A DNA stretch of 64,000 nucleotides from an uncultured virus (IMG/VR IMGVR_UViG_3300043429_001189) (lineage: Duplodnaviria > Heunggongvirae > Uroviricota > Caudoviricetes), in the IMG/VR virus record IMGVR_UViG_3300043429_001189, positions 1-64,000 of that record; one strand, written 5' to 3'. The position numbers and the translations under genes were made by a program. This document shows, in pieces, positions 49,132 to 57,866 of the stretch; the first letter of the stretch is position 1; every line of letters starts with the position of its first letter. The notes under the pieces are model-generated. The model was not told where the DNA came from, made no database searches, and worked only from the letters and a program-made list of their open reading frames with translations.

Positions 49132-51285
49132 TTAGAATATGTCGTATGTAAATACATAATTTACAGGGTCCAAGCATACAATTTCAATAATTGGCTTATC
49201 ACCTTTTTCAGCAAATTCAAGATATGTTATAAATGCAGCTTCAGCTTCATAAGCAAATCCTGTATTTAATCTGTCTATAGCATCAGTGTAAACAATCAGA
49301 TTAAAATTACCGTTATTATTTGACATATCTATGCCATTTTTAAATGATATTCTATATGTCTGACCTTTTTTCCAAACTTGATCCGTATCATCTATTCTAA
49401 TAACAATGTCTCTATCTATTACATAAGGAACGCCTAATGTCCCATCTGTAATTTTTAAATAATTGGAAAAAGGCAACAATTTATCCGTGTATTGATATGT
49501 ATTTGGAAAAATTGTAAAATCATTTGTAATTGAAACTAAAGGTTTCGGGCCTAAATTAAATTCTTGATTGGAATTAACAATTTTTATTTGGTTTTCTTGT
49601 GTCTTATCCAAAAATATTCCTTCTCCGCTTGATATAACATCTAAATTATAAGAAACTTGAATTGACGAAGTATTGTTATATATGTTGACAATATCTTCAT
49701 AATTCTTTTGGATTAAAGCAAGTAAACTATTATTATTGGCAAATATTGCTTTATTATCATTTACAAGTTGTTCTAACGAATTTATTCTTTGAGATAATAC
49801 TTCAGAATTTTGTGAATCTACAATTAAATTAACTAAAGAATTTACTTGATTTTGTAAATTATTGACTAATTGATTATTTTTATTCATTAGAGTAACAGAT
49901 GCCATCATTTCGTTTAGGACATCCATATAAAGCTCAAGAGAATAAGGATTATAATCATTTATTGAAGTTTCAACTGCCGTATCTTCTGTGTTGACATCAA
50001 ACTTTAAGTTGATTCTGAAAGAATATGAATTGCCATTAACACCTGTAATGCTATTTGGCTTATATTTGGTTAACCGTGGAATATAGCCTCCGCCTGATGG
50101 AAGAGGATCAACGTTATCAAGAAAGAGAACACCAAATAAATTTGAGGTTGAATTTTCAAGAGTTGCAGGATCATATAAGTCATAATAAATAAGAATTGCA
50201 TTAAATTCAAACGTCTGAGCGGCTGCTGTTTCATTAAACTTGCCAAAATCAGTTATTCCTACATTGCCCATACCGCTATATGTAGCCGTGTCAAATTCAA
50301 GAGTTATACCGTCAAGGCGACTTCTTTTAAATTCAACAGATTTATTAACACTCTCAATTTTAAAAGTATCATTTGTTGGATCCAAAAATGTAGCAGGTTC
50401 AGTAAAAAACGTATTTGGCACAGGATTGGCAAACCACCATTGAAACCCTGGATTTCCTTGCTGAATATAAGATGCCGTTAACGCATCATAATAATAAAAA
50501 TCCGCTGTTGCTCCAAAAGGATCGGGAGTTGTAAATGTAAATGTATCACTGTCAAAAAATGCACGTGTGCTTAATCCTGCAGGATGCGCTGATATTGCCG
50601 ATCTTCCATAAATATATTCAGCATTTAATGGATCAGCTGGATCATTTGTGAAAACCATACCTGGTGAATAATTTACATCATCCACACATTTAAACATTAC
50701 GGTAGGTGTATTGCCATGTGATGTTGGTATATAAACATAAACTTCGGTAAAAGCATTTGCATTATTTTTTACCGTATTTAAAATTCCAATATCTCCAATG
50801 TATTTAATTACCTTTTCATATGATAAGCTGTTGTCTTCTTCAACATAATGTATACCAAACGAAGAATTAGATTGTTCTGTTCCAACAACTGCTTCTCTAA
50901 ATCGTATTGCACCTAATTCTTTTAGCCATTTGAAGAAAACCCTCTCAGAAACTGTTCTAAAAACGTTTTGGTCATAATCTTGTGATGAAGAAATCATTGA
51001 TTCAAGATTAAGACAATAATTTTGAAAAGATTCCGCTAAATAATCATTTTGAGTTTTACTTCCGTCAATCTCCTCATAAGCTCCAGGCGAATTTGAAAGT
51101 CCGATATAGTTTTCAAAATTAGTACTTGGATTTTCGATATTTGGTATATTTAGTAACGCAAATTTAGAAAATCTAAATTTTTTATCTGAACTATTGAATG
51201 AAAGACCTAAATCTTCAGAAGCTGAAGAAAAGGTGTAAAAGGTACCTCCCGCTAATCGAATAGGCCTAATTAATGGTGCTATCAT
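49132..51285 (-). CDS. Virion structural protein (717 aa, baseplate-like)
   Basis: Structural operon context with a central coiled coil. Confidence 0.55.
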   Translation of the reverse strand: MIAPLIRPIRLAGGTFYTFSSASEDLGLSFNSSDKKFRFSKFALLNIPNIENPSTNFENYIGLSNSPGAYEEIDGSKTQNDYLAESFQNYCLNLESMISSSQDYDQNVFRTVSERVFFKWLKELGAIRFREAVVGTEQSNSSFGIHYVEEDNSLSYEKVIKYIGDIGILNTVKNNANAFTEVYVYIPTSHGNTPTVMFKCVDDVNYSPGMVFTNDPADPLNAEYIYGRSAISAHPAGLSTRAFFDSDTFTFTTPDPFGATADFYYYDALTASYIQQGNPGFQWWFANPVPNTFFTEPATFLDPTNDTFKIESVNKSVEFKRSRLDGITLEFDTATYSGMGNVGITDFGKFNETAAAQTFEFNAILIYYDLYDPATLENSTSNLFGVLFLDNVDPLPSGGGYIPRLTKYKPNSITGVNGNSYSFRINLKFDVNTEDTAVETSINDYNPYSLELYMDVLNEMMASVTLMNKNNQLVNNLQNQVNSLVNLIVDSQNSEVLSQRINSLEQLVNDNKAIFANNNSLLALIQKNYEDIVNIYNNTSSIQVSYNLDVISSGEGIFLDKTQENQIKIVNSNQEFNLGPKPLVSITNDFTIFPNTYQYTDKLLPFSNYLKITDGTLGVPYVIDRDIVIRIDDTDQVWKKGQTYRISFKNGIDMSNNNGNFNLIVYTDAIDRLNTGFAYEAEAAFITYLEFAEKGDKPIIEIVCLDPVNYVFTYDIF

Positions 51286-51301
51286 TTAATTATTTTTTTT
51301 A

Positions 51302-52159
51302 TTAATATGCAACATACGGAGTGCTATTAAGTACTCTCCAACCGTTTCCTACTTGAGTATCAGCATAAAGAGTTATTGCCGCTTTTCTCAATTCATAGCT
51401 ATCACTATCAACAAAAGTTGCAGTAATTCCACTCATTAAAATGTCTTGATTGTATCCTGATGCAAGATTAACACTGCTAATACCAAATTGTGCACCAGTT
51501 GTTCCTGTTGCTGCAGGCTGATCTATAATAACCGTTATAATTTGTCCAGGAGTTACGTTTGCTGAAGATACGGCGGGCAATTGTATTTTAGTGCAACTTG
51601 TTGCCGCTAACGCAGGATCATACGTTGAATAATTTAAACGAATAACACTAATCTTAGGAAAATTTGAACCTGCTGTAATTTCTCTTACGGAAGAAGACGG
51701 AGTTTGTGCAAGGGTTTGTGGGTTTAGCAAATAAGCATTAGAAGCGCTTTGACCATCCAATTGCGGTGAAGAAAGAGCTGCATCAAGGTCAAATGGCAAT
51801 TCACTCACAAAACTACTTCCATTAGTTGCAGTATCATCAAACACAACATTTCCACTAACCAATAAATCTAATCCAACATTTAATGCTTCAGTTATTGAAG
51901 TAGTTTTGGAAACGTTTAAATTTCCTTGAAATAAAGCTGATGCCTCACATGTAAAAATTTGTGAAGTGACTGGATTGGTATATCTTTTGATTAAAGCATT
52001 TCCTACATTTAAAGATCCGCCAGGTGTAAATGATGTATCTAAACGGGTCTCTATGTTATTAATAGCTGTTGCTAATGTAGAAAAATTTGAATTGATTGTA
52101 ATTCTTGAGCCTGCTATATTATCGCTGCCTAGAATTTCTGTAATTGATACGGTTGCCAT
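51302..52159 (-). CDS. Short fibre-like virion protein
   Basis: N-terminal ILGSDNIAGSRITINSNF resembles the N-terminus of the 1906-aa fibre. It is the first gene of the structural operon. Confidence 0.6.
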   Translation of the reverse strand: MATVSITEILGSDNIAGSRITINSNFSTLATAINNIETRLDTSFTPGGSLNVGNALIKRYTNPVTSQIFTCEASALFQGNLNVSKTTSITEALNVGLDLLVSGNVVFDDTATNGSSFVSELPFDLDAALSSPQLDGQSASNAYLLNPQTLAQTPSSSVREITAGSNFPKISVIRLNYSTYDPALAATSCTKIQLPAVSSANVTPGQIITVIIDQPAATGTTGAQFGISSVNLASGYNQDILMSGITATFVDSDSYELRKAAITLYADTQVGNGWRVLNSTPYVAY

Positions 52160-52163
52160 ATTT

Positions 52164-52215
52164 AATGTATTTTTTCTGCCTTTTTTCTATATATCAAAGG
52201 CAGAAAAAATACATT
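52164..52215 (-). promoter_or_regulatory. 20-bp hairpin with GATATATA late-promoter-like motif in the loop
   Basis: aatgtattttttctgccttt (52164-52183) / aaaggcagaaaaaatacatt (52196-52215), with tatatatc at 52188-52195. Confidence 0.75.
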
Positions 52216-52220
52216 GTGTT

Positions 52221-53060
52221 TTAACTATTTTTAATATAATTGGCTGGTAAATACTTTTCCCATTGCGGATCATACCAAAATCTTCTACCTGTTTTATCAA
52301 CAATTGATGCGCCTTTATTGTAGCATAGCATCCATTCTTTGAAAGTTTTTCCTTCAGTACCGTTTGGGTTAACCCAATCTTTAAGTTCACCTCCTCCTAA
52401 TTTGTAAGCATCTCTACAGCACAAATGAATGAATTTAATTAATGAATCCACTTCCAGTTGTGTCAACTTATTTGCTGGTTGAAAAGGATTAATATTCATT
52501 CTATAAAGAATTTCAGCTCTTAAATAATTGCCAACGCCATTAAATAGTGATTGATTCATAAGAATCTCGTTAAGCGGAGTATTAAAAACTTTTTGTTTAT
52601 ACCAATTATGTCTTAAGTATTCCGAAAATTCATTAAATTCTGTAAGCGGGCAATAACCTCTATTTTTCGCCCACCCGTCAACCCATTTCCATTTAGCAAA
52701 TCTTCTAACGTCGTGCAAAAATAAATAATTTCCTTCTATTGTTTTGAATCTCAAATGAGCATGCTTCATAATTTTATCAAAATGCTCTGAGTTCTTTTTA
52801 ATATAAGCAAAATTCCCACTCATACCTAAAGTAACTGATAAACTCTTTTTAGGTAAACCATCACCTAACGGTATTAAATCAATAATCATTTCCTTGCCTC
52901 GAGTTTTTGCTTGCATTTTAAACACAACATCATCAAAACTGTCTAACGGAGTTTTAACTTTTGAAACTTCTGACTTTTCAACTTTATTAAAAAATGTTTC
53001 TTTGGATGAAACATAATTAATAAAATCTCCCATGATTTTAACTTCAGCTATTTCAGGCAT
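52221..53060 (-). CDS. nei: Fpg/Nei family DNA glycosylase (NEIL1-like, zincless finger)
   Basis: Catalytic MPE start, RGKE, LGMSG, DVRRF and H2TH NGVGNYLRAEILY. There is no Cys4 zinc finger. Confidence 0.92.
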   Translation of the reverse strand: MPEIAEVKIMGDFINYVSSKETFFNKVEKSEVSKVKTPLDSFDDVVFKMQAKTRGKEMIIDLIPLGDGLPKKSLSVTLGMSGNFAYIKKNSEHFDKIMKHAHLRFKTIEGNYLFLHDVRRFAKWKWVDGWAKNRGYCPLTEFNEFSEYLRHNWYKQKVFNTPLNEILMNQSLFNGVGNYLRAEILYRMNINPFQPANKLTQLEVDSLIKFIHLCCRDAYKLGGGELKDWVNPNGTEGKTFKEWMLCYNKGASIVDKTGRRFWYDPQWEKYLPANYIKNS

Positions 53061-53066
53061 AATATT

Positions 53067-53750
53067 TTAAATAGATTTGTTTGAATTTTTATATACAGCC
53101 TCACACATTTTAATCATAGCCGTTACATCTTTTTCGCAATATGTAATAATACGGTCAATTTCTCCATTCCAATACGTTGTATGAACCATTGAGCCGTCAA
53201 TGTCGTCTTTGGGTGATGGAATACCCATTTCATATACTGCTTCTTCAAATGAAACATCTAAACTTGAAAATGCCTTCCACCAATCTTTCATATCAAAAAT
53301 TGAAATTTCCCAAGGTTTTTTATCAAAAGTATTTAAACATTCAGGAACATTATACCCATAAGACATAAGTTTACGATAAATCCATGCAATATCAAAATTT
53401 TTAATATTCCATCCAGTAGGCGTCATACCGTTTGCGCTTGCTTTTACAAAGAGCGCGTATACCGATTTTATTAGTTCAGCTTCGTTTTCATTTGAAATAG
53501 TATTAACTTTAATTTCACCTTCTTTCCAAACACCAAAAGATAAACATGCAATTTTTCCAAATTCAGGAAATAATGAAACTTTATCTAAGTATGCTTGGTT
53601 AACATCACCTAAGCTAAGGCGTTCAGCTTTTTTCTTGAAAATAGCTGCGCCAACTGGGTCTTTACTTTTAAATTCTTCATAGTTGCGGTATTCTCCGCAG
53701 GTTTCAATGTCAAAAAATAAAAAGCGGGAAAATTTTTCTTTAGAAAACAT
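53067..53750 (-). CDS. PolB-like 3'-5' exonuclease (DEDDy)
   Basis: FFDIET, GWNIKNFD and YCEKDV. Confidence 0.88.
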   Translation of the reverse strand: MFSKEKFSRFLFFDIETCGEYRNYEEFKSKDPVGAAIFKKKAERLSLGDVNQAYLDKVSLFPEFGKIACLSFGVWKEGEIKVNTISNENEAELIKSVYALFVKASANGMTPTGWNIKNFDIAWIYRKLMSYGYNVPECLNTFDKKPWEISIFDMKDWWKAFSSLDVSFEEAVYEMGIPSPKDDIDGSMVHTTYWNGEIDRIITYCEKDVTAMIKMCEAVYKNSNKSI

Positions 53751-53764
53751 AATTTTTTTATGGT

Positions 53765-53820
53765 TTATATACCAAGTCTAATTAATAGTTTCAAGAACTT
53801 TTTTTAAAAGTGTTATATAA
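53765..53820. promoter_or_regulatory. Back-to-back divergent (A/G)AACT-N14/15-TATATAA promoter-like motifs
   Basis: Minus copy at 53765-53791 and plus copy at 53795-53820, each pointing at the adjacent gene. Confidence 0.5.
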
Positions 53821-53825
53821 TTTAT

Positions 53826-54086
53826 ATGGAAAACCAACAAAGAATGAAGATAGATATCTCAGATGCCCCTTGGGCTGAGTGCTGTGGAGAACCTCAACTG
53901 TTTGAGACAGCTTTTATGTTTAAAAGAATTTCTCCTATAGTGAGTCCTTCAGGAAAAGAGGAACATGTTCCTATAGAAATTGTTATTTGTAAAAAATGTG
54001 GTAAAGTTCCACAATTCATACTTAAAAATTATCCTGACTTACCTGATTCACTTAAAGCTAATTCATCAAAATTAATCAATGAATAA
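53826..54086 (+). CDS. Small zinc-ribbon-like hypothetical protein
   Basis: CCG...ISPIVSPSGKE...CKKCG. Confidence 0.65.
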   Translation: MENQQRMKIDISDAPWAECCGEPQLFETAFMFKRISPIVSPSGKEEHVPIEIVICKKCGKVPQFILKNYPDLPDSLKANSSKLINE

Positions 54087-54507
54087 TTCCCCGTTTATAC
54101 TATCATCTTTGTATATTGATTGGGTTAATGAAATTAATGGATGGGGCATTTTTACCAAAGAGGATATCAAAGAAAAAACTGTTGTTGAGGTGTCACCTGT
54201 CATTGTTTACCCTGAAGAAATATTAAAAATTGCTTCTTGGCAAACACAAGGTGATAAAAATGCGTATGCATCATTAGGTTTTACTCTGTATAGCCTTAAC
54301 TGGAATGAAAACTATGCCGCCATACCTTTAGGATATGGCGGCATTTATAATCATAGTGACAATAATAATTGTCAATTTATGAATGATATGGATAACGGTT
54401 TACTTTATATCATCACATTAAAAAATATTAATGCTGGTGAGCAATTATTGGTTAATTACGGAAATGACTGGTTTGATAGCAAGCCATTTCCAAAAATTGA
54501 TTTATAG
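54079..54507 (+). CDS. SET-domain protein (putative lysine methyltransferase)
   Basis: GWGIFT, YNHS..NNC and GEQLLVNYG are SET signature motifs. Confidence 0.88.
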   Translation: MNNSPFILSSLYIDWVNEINGWGIFTKEDIKEKTVVEVSPVIVYPEEILKIASWQTQGDKNAYASLGFTLYSLNWNENYAAIPLGYGGIYNHSDNNNCQFMNDMDNGLLYIITLKNINAGEQLLVNYGNDWFDSKPFPKIDL

Positions 54508-55221
54508 CTATGTGTTTTGTATATGATCCAAAAATTTAGTTATTAGAGGATTTCTAACGATATCTGACCGTTCAAAACGCATAGTTCCAAATTCTTCTAA
54601 ATCTGTTACCGAATTAAAAAACCAACTTAAACCACTGGATTCTTTTTTCTTTAAATCAATTTGGTCTTCATCGGCTAAAAATATCATTTTGGAATTTTCT
54701 CCTATACGTGTAACAGTACTTATTAGGTGATGTTTAGGCATATTTTGTGCCTCGTCAACTATAATTATTGCATTATCTATACTTCTTCCTCGGATGTAGG
54801 CAAGAGGCATTATTTCTATCAATTCTTGCGCCTCTAAATTTTTGGATAATTCTTTACCAATTAATTTATAAAAATTATCCATAAAGGAAATCATATAAGG
54901 ATCCATTTTTTCTTTCATAGTACCTTTAAGAAAACCTATTTCCTCTCCTTCCAATACTGTAACCGATTTTACAATGATTATTTTTTTGTAAATATCTGAT
55001 TTTTTTGCTAATAATTTTAATGCTTCAGCACAAGCAACATAAGTTTTTCCTGTTCCAGCTGGTCCCGCGCAGATTACTATGTCTTTAGAATCAATTAATC
55101 TTACAAATTGTTTTTGTCTTTCATTTTTGCATTTTAAATCAAAATTAACTTTTGTCAATGCAAGCTGTGCTGGTGATAACCATTTTTCTATGTTTTCTTC
55201 CTGTACGTACTTTCTTCTCAT
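54508..55221 (-). CDS. phoH: PhoH family ATPase
   Basis: GPAGTGKT, IGFLKG, YIRGRS, DEAQN, TRIGENS and DIVRN. Confidence 0.95.
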   Translation of the reverse strand: MRRKYVQEENIEKWLSPAQLALTKVNFDLKCKNERQKQFVRLIDSKDIVICAGPAGTGKTYVACAEALKLLAKKSDIYKKIIIVKSVTVLEGEEIGFLKGTMKEKMDPYMISFMDNFYKLIGKELSKNLEAQELIEIMPLAYIRGRSIDNAIIIVDEAQNMPKHHLISTVTRIGENSKMIFLADEDQIDLKKKESSGLSWFFNSVTDLEEFGTMRFERSDIVRNPLITKFLDHIQNT

Positions 55222-55248
55222 ATATAGTTTTTTTGTGAATTGTTAAAG

Positions 55249-55803
55249 CTAAACTTTAACCGTTTTAACTGTCACCCCTTTTTCTTTTTCGACTTCTTTT
55301 GCTAATTTTAAGTTATCATCATTATCATCAAAAAATATAAAATTTTTATACCCAGTTTCAACTAAACGATGCAATGCTTCTTTTTTTCTTTCGGCGATGC
55401 TACCTTTAAAGCCATGTTTAGGATCGTTAACAGCAATTACTAAATCCTGATGTATATCTATGCCATTATGTAAGAAAAATTCGCGTATCATTGCAGAATT
55501 TGATCTTGCAGTCACAATTGCAACGTGAGTGCCTGATTTATAAAAATTCTTTAATTCGTCAAGAATGTGTGAAATGAATGTAGATTGTTTTAAAATATCA
55601 AAATCTTCAAATTCAGAAAAAGATAACGTGTGATTTTTATTGGGTTTAAAAAAATTAAATTCAGTAGGAGATAAAGTTTTTATTATCTTATGTGTTTTTG
55701 AATCTAGTACATGTATTTTTGCTGTTGATAAAATTAACGTCTCGTCCAAGTCGAATACGGCAAGTGTGCTGGATATTTTTCCTTTTATATTTACTTCATT
55801 CAT
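55249..55803 (-). CDS. HAD-superfamily phosphatase (PNKP/RNA-repair-like)
   Basis: Motif I FDLDETL, motif II VTARS, Lys (ERKK) and motif IV FFDDND. Confidence 0.8.
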   Translation of the reverse strand: MNEVNIKGKISSTLAVFDLDETLILSTAKIHVLDSKTHKIIKTLSPTEFNFFKPNKNHTLSFSEFEDFDILKQSTFISHILDELKNFYKSGTHVAIVTARSNSAMIREFFLHNGIDIHQDLVIAVNDPKHGFKGSIAERKKEALHRLVETGYKNFIFFDDNDDNLKLAKEVEKEKGVTVKTVKV

Positions 55804-56411
55804 TTTTGTTTCATTAAAGTATTTTTTCGTATTTCTCTACTTCTTTTTCTTTTTTCTTCTAAAAAAAATTCTTTTGTATAAGTTTCTTTGTTTTTGTATA
55901 ATATCCAATTTTTGTGCCGATTGCGTCTTCCGTTAATAACCGCATTTATATGACATGAAAGTGAACCTATTTTATTTGCAAGATCAAACTTAGTTCCTAC
56001 ATATTCTTCAAAAGTTTCTATATTAAAAAAATGATAAATTGTTTTATCATACCTTGGATTTTTTTCACCTTTTCTTGCGGTGGGATTTTCTTTTAAAAAT
56101 TTTTTTAATGTTTCTGACTTTTTTTTATTTGCATATTCACCAAGATTTCCGCCCTGTCCACCGTCTACTAAATTATAACCTATATCAGGATTTGTTGAAT
56201 TAAGTTCTTTTATCCAAAATTTTTCTTTGCTATTAAGCTCTTCTTTTGAAGAACAAGATTCTAAAATATCTTTTTTAAAATTTTCTGAACCATATTTTTT
56301 AATAGCCCTGCGTAATTTGAAACCCGAACCTAAATATTTAGGATTGTTAAATTTATCTTGTCCAACATAAATTTTTCCATTAATAAGATTTGTGATTTTG
56401 TATATGACCAT
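55800..56411 (-). CDS. Free-standing GIY-YIG (Seg-like) homing endonuclease
   Basis: VIYKITNLINGKIYVG, YLGSG, E..WI and GYNL..GG, followed by GEKNPRY and a C-terminal HTH-like DNA-binding region. Confidence 0.92.
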   Translation of the reverse strand: MVIYKITNLINGKIYVGQDKFNNPKYLGSGFKLRRAIKKYGSENFKKDILESCSSKEELNSKEKFWIKELNSTNPDIGYNLVDGGQGGNLGEYANKKKSETLKKFLKENPTARKGEKNPRYDKTIYHFFNIETFEEYVGTKFDLANKIGSLSCHINAVINGRRNRHKNWILYKNKETYTKEFFLEEKRKRSREIRKNTLMKQK

Positions 56412-56467
56412 AAAAGTTTTTTAATATATATCATTAAAAAAAACTTATTAATGTATCATCTAAGATA

Positions 56468-56512
56468 TTAGATTGTGTTGGATATTTTACCTTTAATTTT
56501 TGCTTCGTTCAT
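56468..56512 (-). pseudogene. Remnant 5' end of the HAD phosphatase gene (14-codon mini-ORF)
   Basis: MNEAKIKGKISNTI* versus MNEVNIKGKISSTL at 55803. Confidence 0.75.
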
Positions 56513-56513
56513 A

Positions 56514-57866
56514 TTATTCTATTTTGATATATGTTTCAGGTGTCCATTCAGAATAAATTTTATCATTAAGATTAAAAATGCTACATACCGACCAAAAATA
56601 TTCTCCATCAGATAATGTACCCGAAGGTATAACATATATATCTTCATTTGAATACATTTTAATTTCCGTGTATGCTATTTTTCTGTAATTATTGCCACCT
56701 GACAAAACATTAACGCCTGAGTGAACAATAATATTTTTATCTATAATAGAATCTGCAAATGAAGAAGAAAATGTAAAATCTGCGCCGTTAAATTGCGCTA
56801 ATGTTATTTCCCAATTTCTATTTCCTAAATCAGTTTTTGATTTAATAAAAAGATCCTTTGATATATTTTCAACATAAGAGGAAATTTCAGGCACAAATGT
56901 ATGATTTTTAGCCTGTATTCTTAAAATTCCTGATGTATAATCAGCATAATAAATTCGATACAAATCTTTTTGCAATGATCCATCATTTCCAAGCAAGCAA
57001 GATACGTTTGCGCCTGTTCCAGTGCCTACAACATTTACAAGTGGATTAACTGAATAGCTGCTCCCTGCATTTTCAATTTTTACCGTGGTAATTTTTCTTT
57101 CATATGCGCCTGTGGTACCTATAAAAGGTTTTAAAAGAATATCATTATTTCCATTTGCTCTTGTCCCAGTTACGTCAAAATAATTAATATTACCGCCGTC
57201 AGAAACATTTTTTTCTCTAACTCTTAAATTATACTTAAATACATTATTTGTAGGATCTTCCCATCTAAAATATATTCCATCGTTTCTTATGGTTGATAAT
57301 AAATTAATAGGATACTCTTTAATTTTTTCATTTGTTATGTCTGTATAAATTTTTCTTTTCCAAACAAAATTATCATTTATTTCCATTAATAAAGGATCCC
57401 CGTCATTAATATTACATAATAAATTATATTCATATGTATATATGTCGGCAAAAGGACCGCTGACTGCCACATCCAATATATCTATGACGGCACCTTTTAT
57501 ATAGCTATGATTATCATTTATTGAAGTTACAGTAAAAAAATCTCCTTTTTTAATTAAATTTGACCCATACAATCCTGGAGTGTTTGCGGTGGGCGCTTCT
57601 TTTACTGTGTATTCAACTACAATTTCATATACAAAACCTACATTAGTTTGAGTTCTTCTTGAATTAAATGAAAGAATCGGAGAAGAATATTCAGTATCAT
57701 AATAATCATTATCTATACTTTCAGAAGTATAGATATACCCTTGATTTAATGCATTAGAAGGCGTATTACCATCTTCTATTGGAGGTACCGATATAAATCT
57801 GTTCAAATCATTTGTTGATAAAAAAACAGATTTTTCTTTAATTTGTCTGCGATCCAAAGTTTTCAT
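56514..57866 (-). CDS. Virion structural protein (FN3-like and baseplate-wedge-like repeats)
   Basis: FRWEDP...YNLRV and YFWSV...YSEWT suggest FN3. IENAGSSYSVNPLV and GGNNY are repeat motifs. Confidence 0.6.
   Translation of the reverse strand: MKTLDRRQIKEKSVFLSTNDLNRFISVPPIEDGNTPSNALNQGYIYTSESIDNDYYDTEYSSPILSFNSRRTQTNVGFVYEIVVEYTVKEAPTANTPGLYGSNLIKKGDFFTVTSINDNHSYIKGAVIDILDVAVSGPFADIYTYEYNLLCNINDGDPLLMEINDNFVWKRKIYTDITNEKIKEYPINLLSTIRNDGIYFRWEDPTNNVFKYNLRVREKNVSDGGNINYFDVTGTRANGNNDILLKPFIGTTGAYERKITTVKIENAGSSYSVNPLVNVVGTGTGANVSCLLGNDGSLQKDLYRIYYADYTSGILRIQAKNHTFVPEISSYVENISKDLFIKSKTDLGNRNWEITLAQFNGADFTFSSSFADSIIDKNIIVHSGVNVLSGGNNYRKIAYTEIKMYSNEDIYVIPSGTLSDGEYFWSVCSIFNLNDKIYSEWTPETYIKIE

Noticed and set aside
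52187..52390. 67-aa minus-strand ORF
   Set aside because: It is an out-of-frame overlap with the nei 3' end and the regulatory hairpin.
55800..56512. Group I intron carrying the GIY-YIG ORF
   Set aside because: There are only ~56 nt 5' of the ORF and none 3' of it (its stop overlaps the next start), leaving no room for a ribozyme core. The downstream gene has its own ATG.
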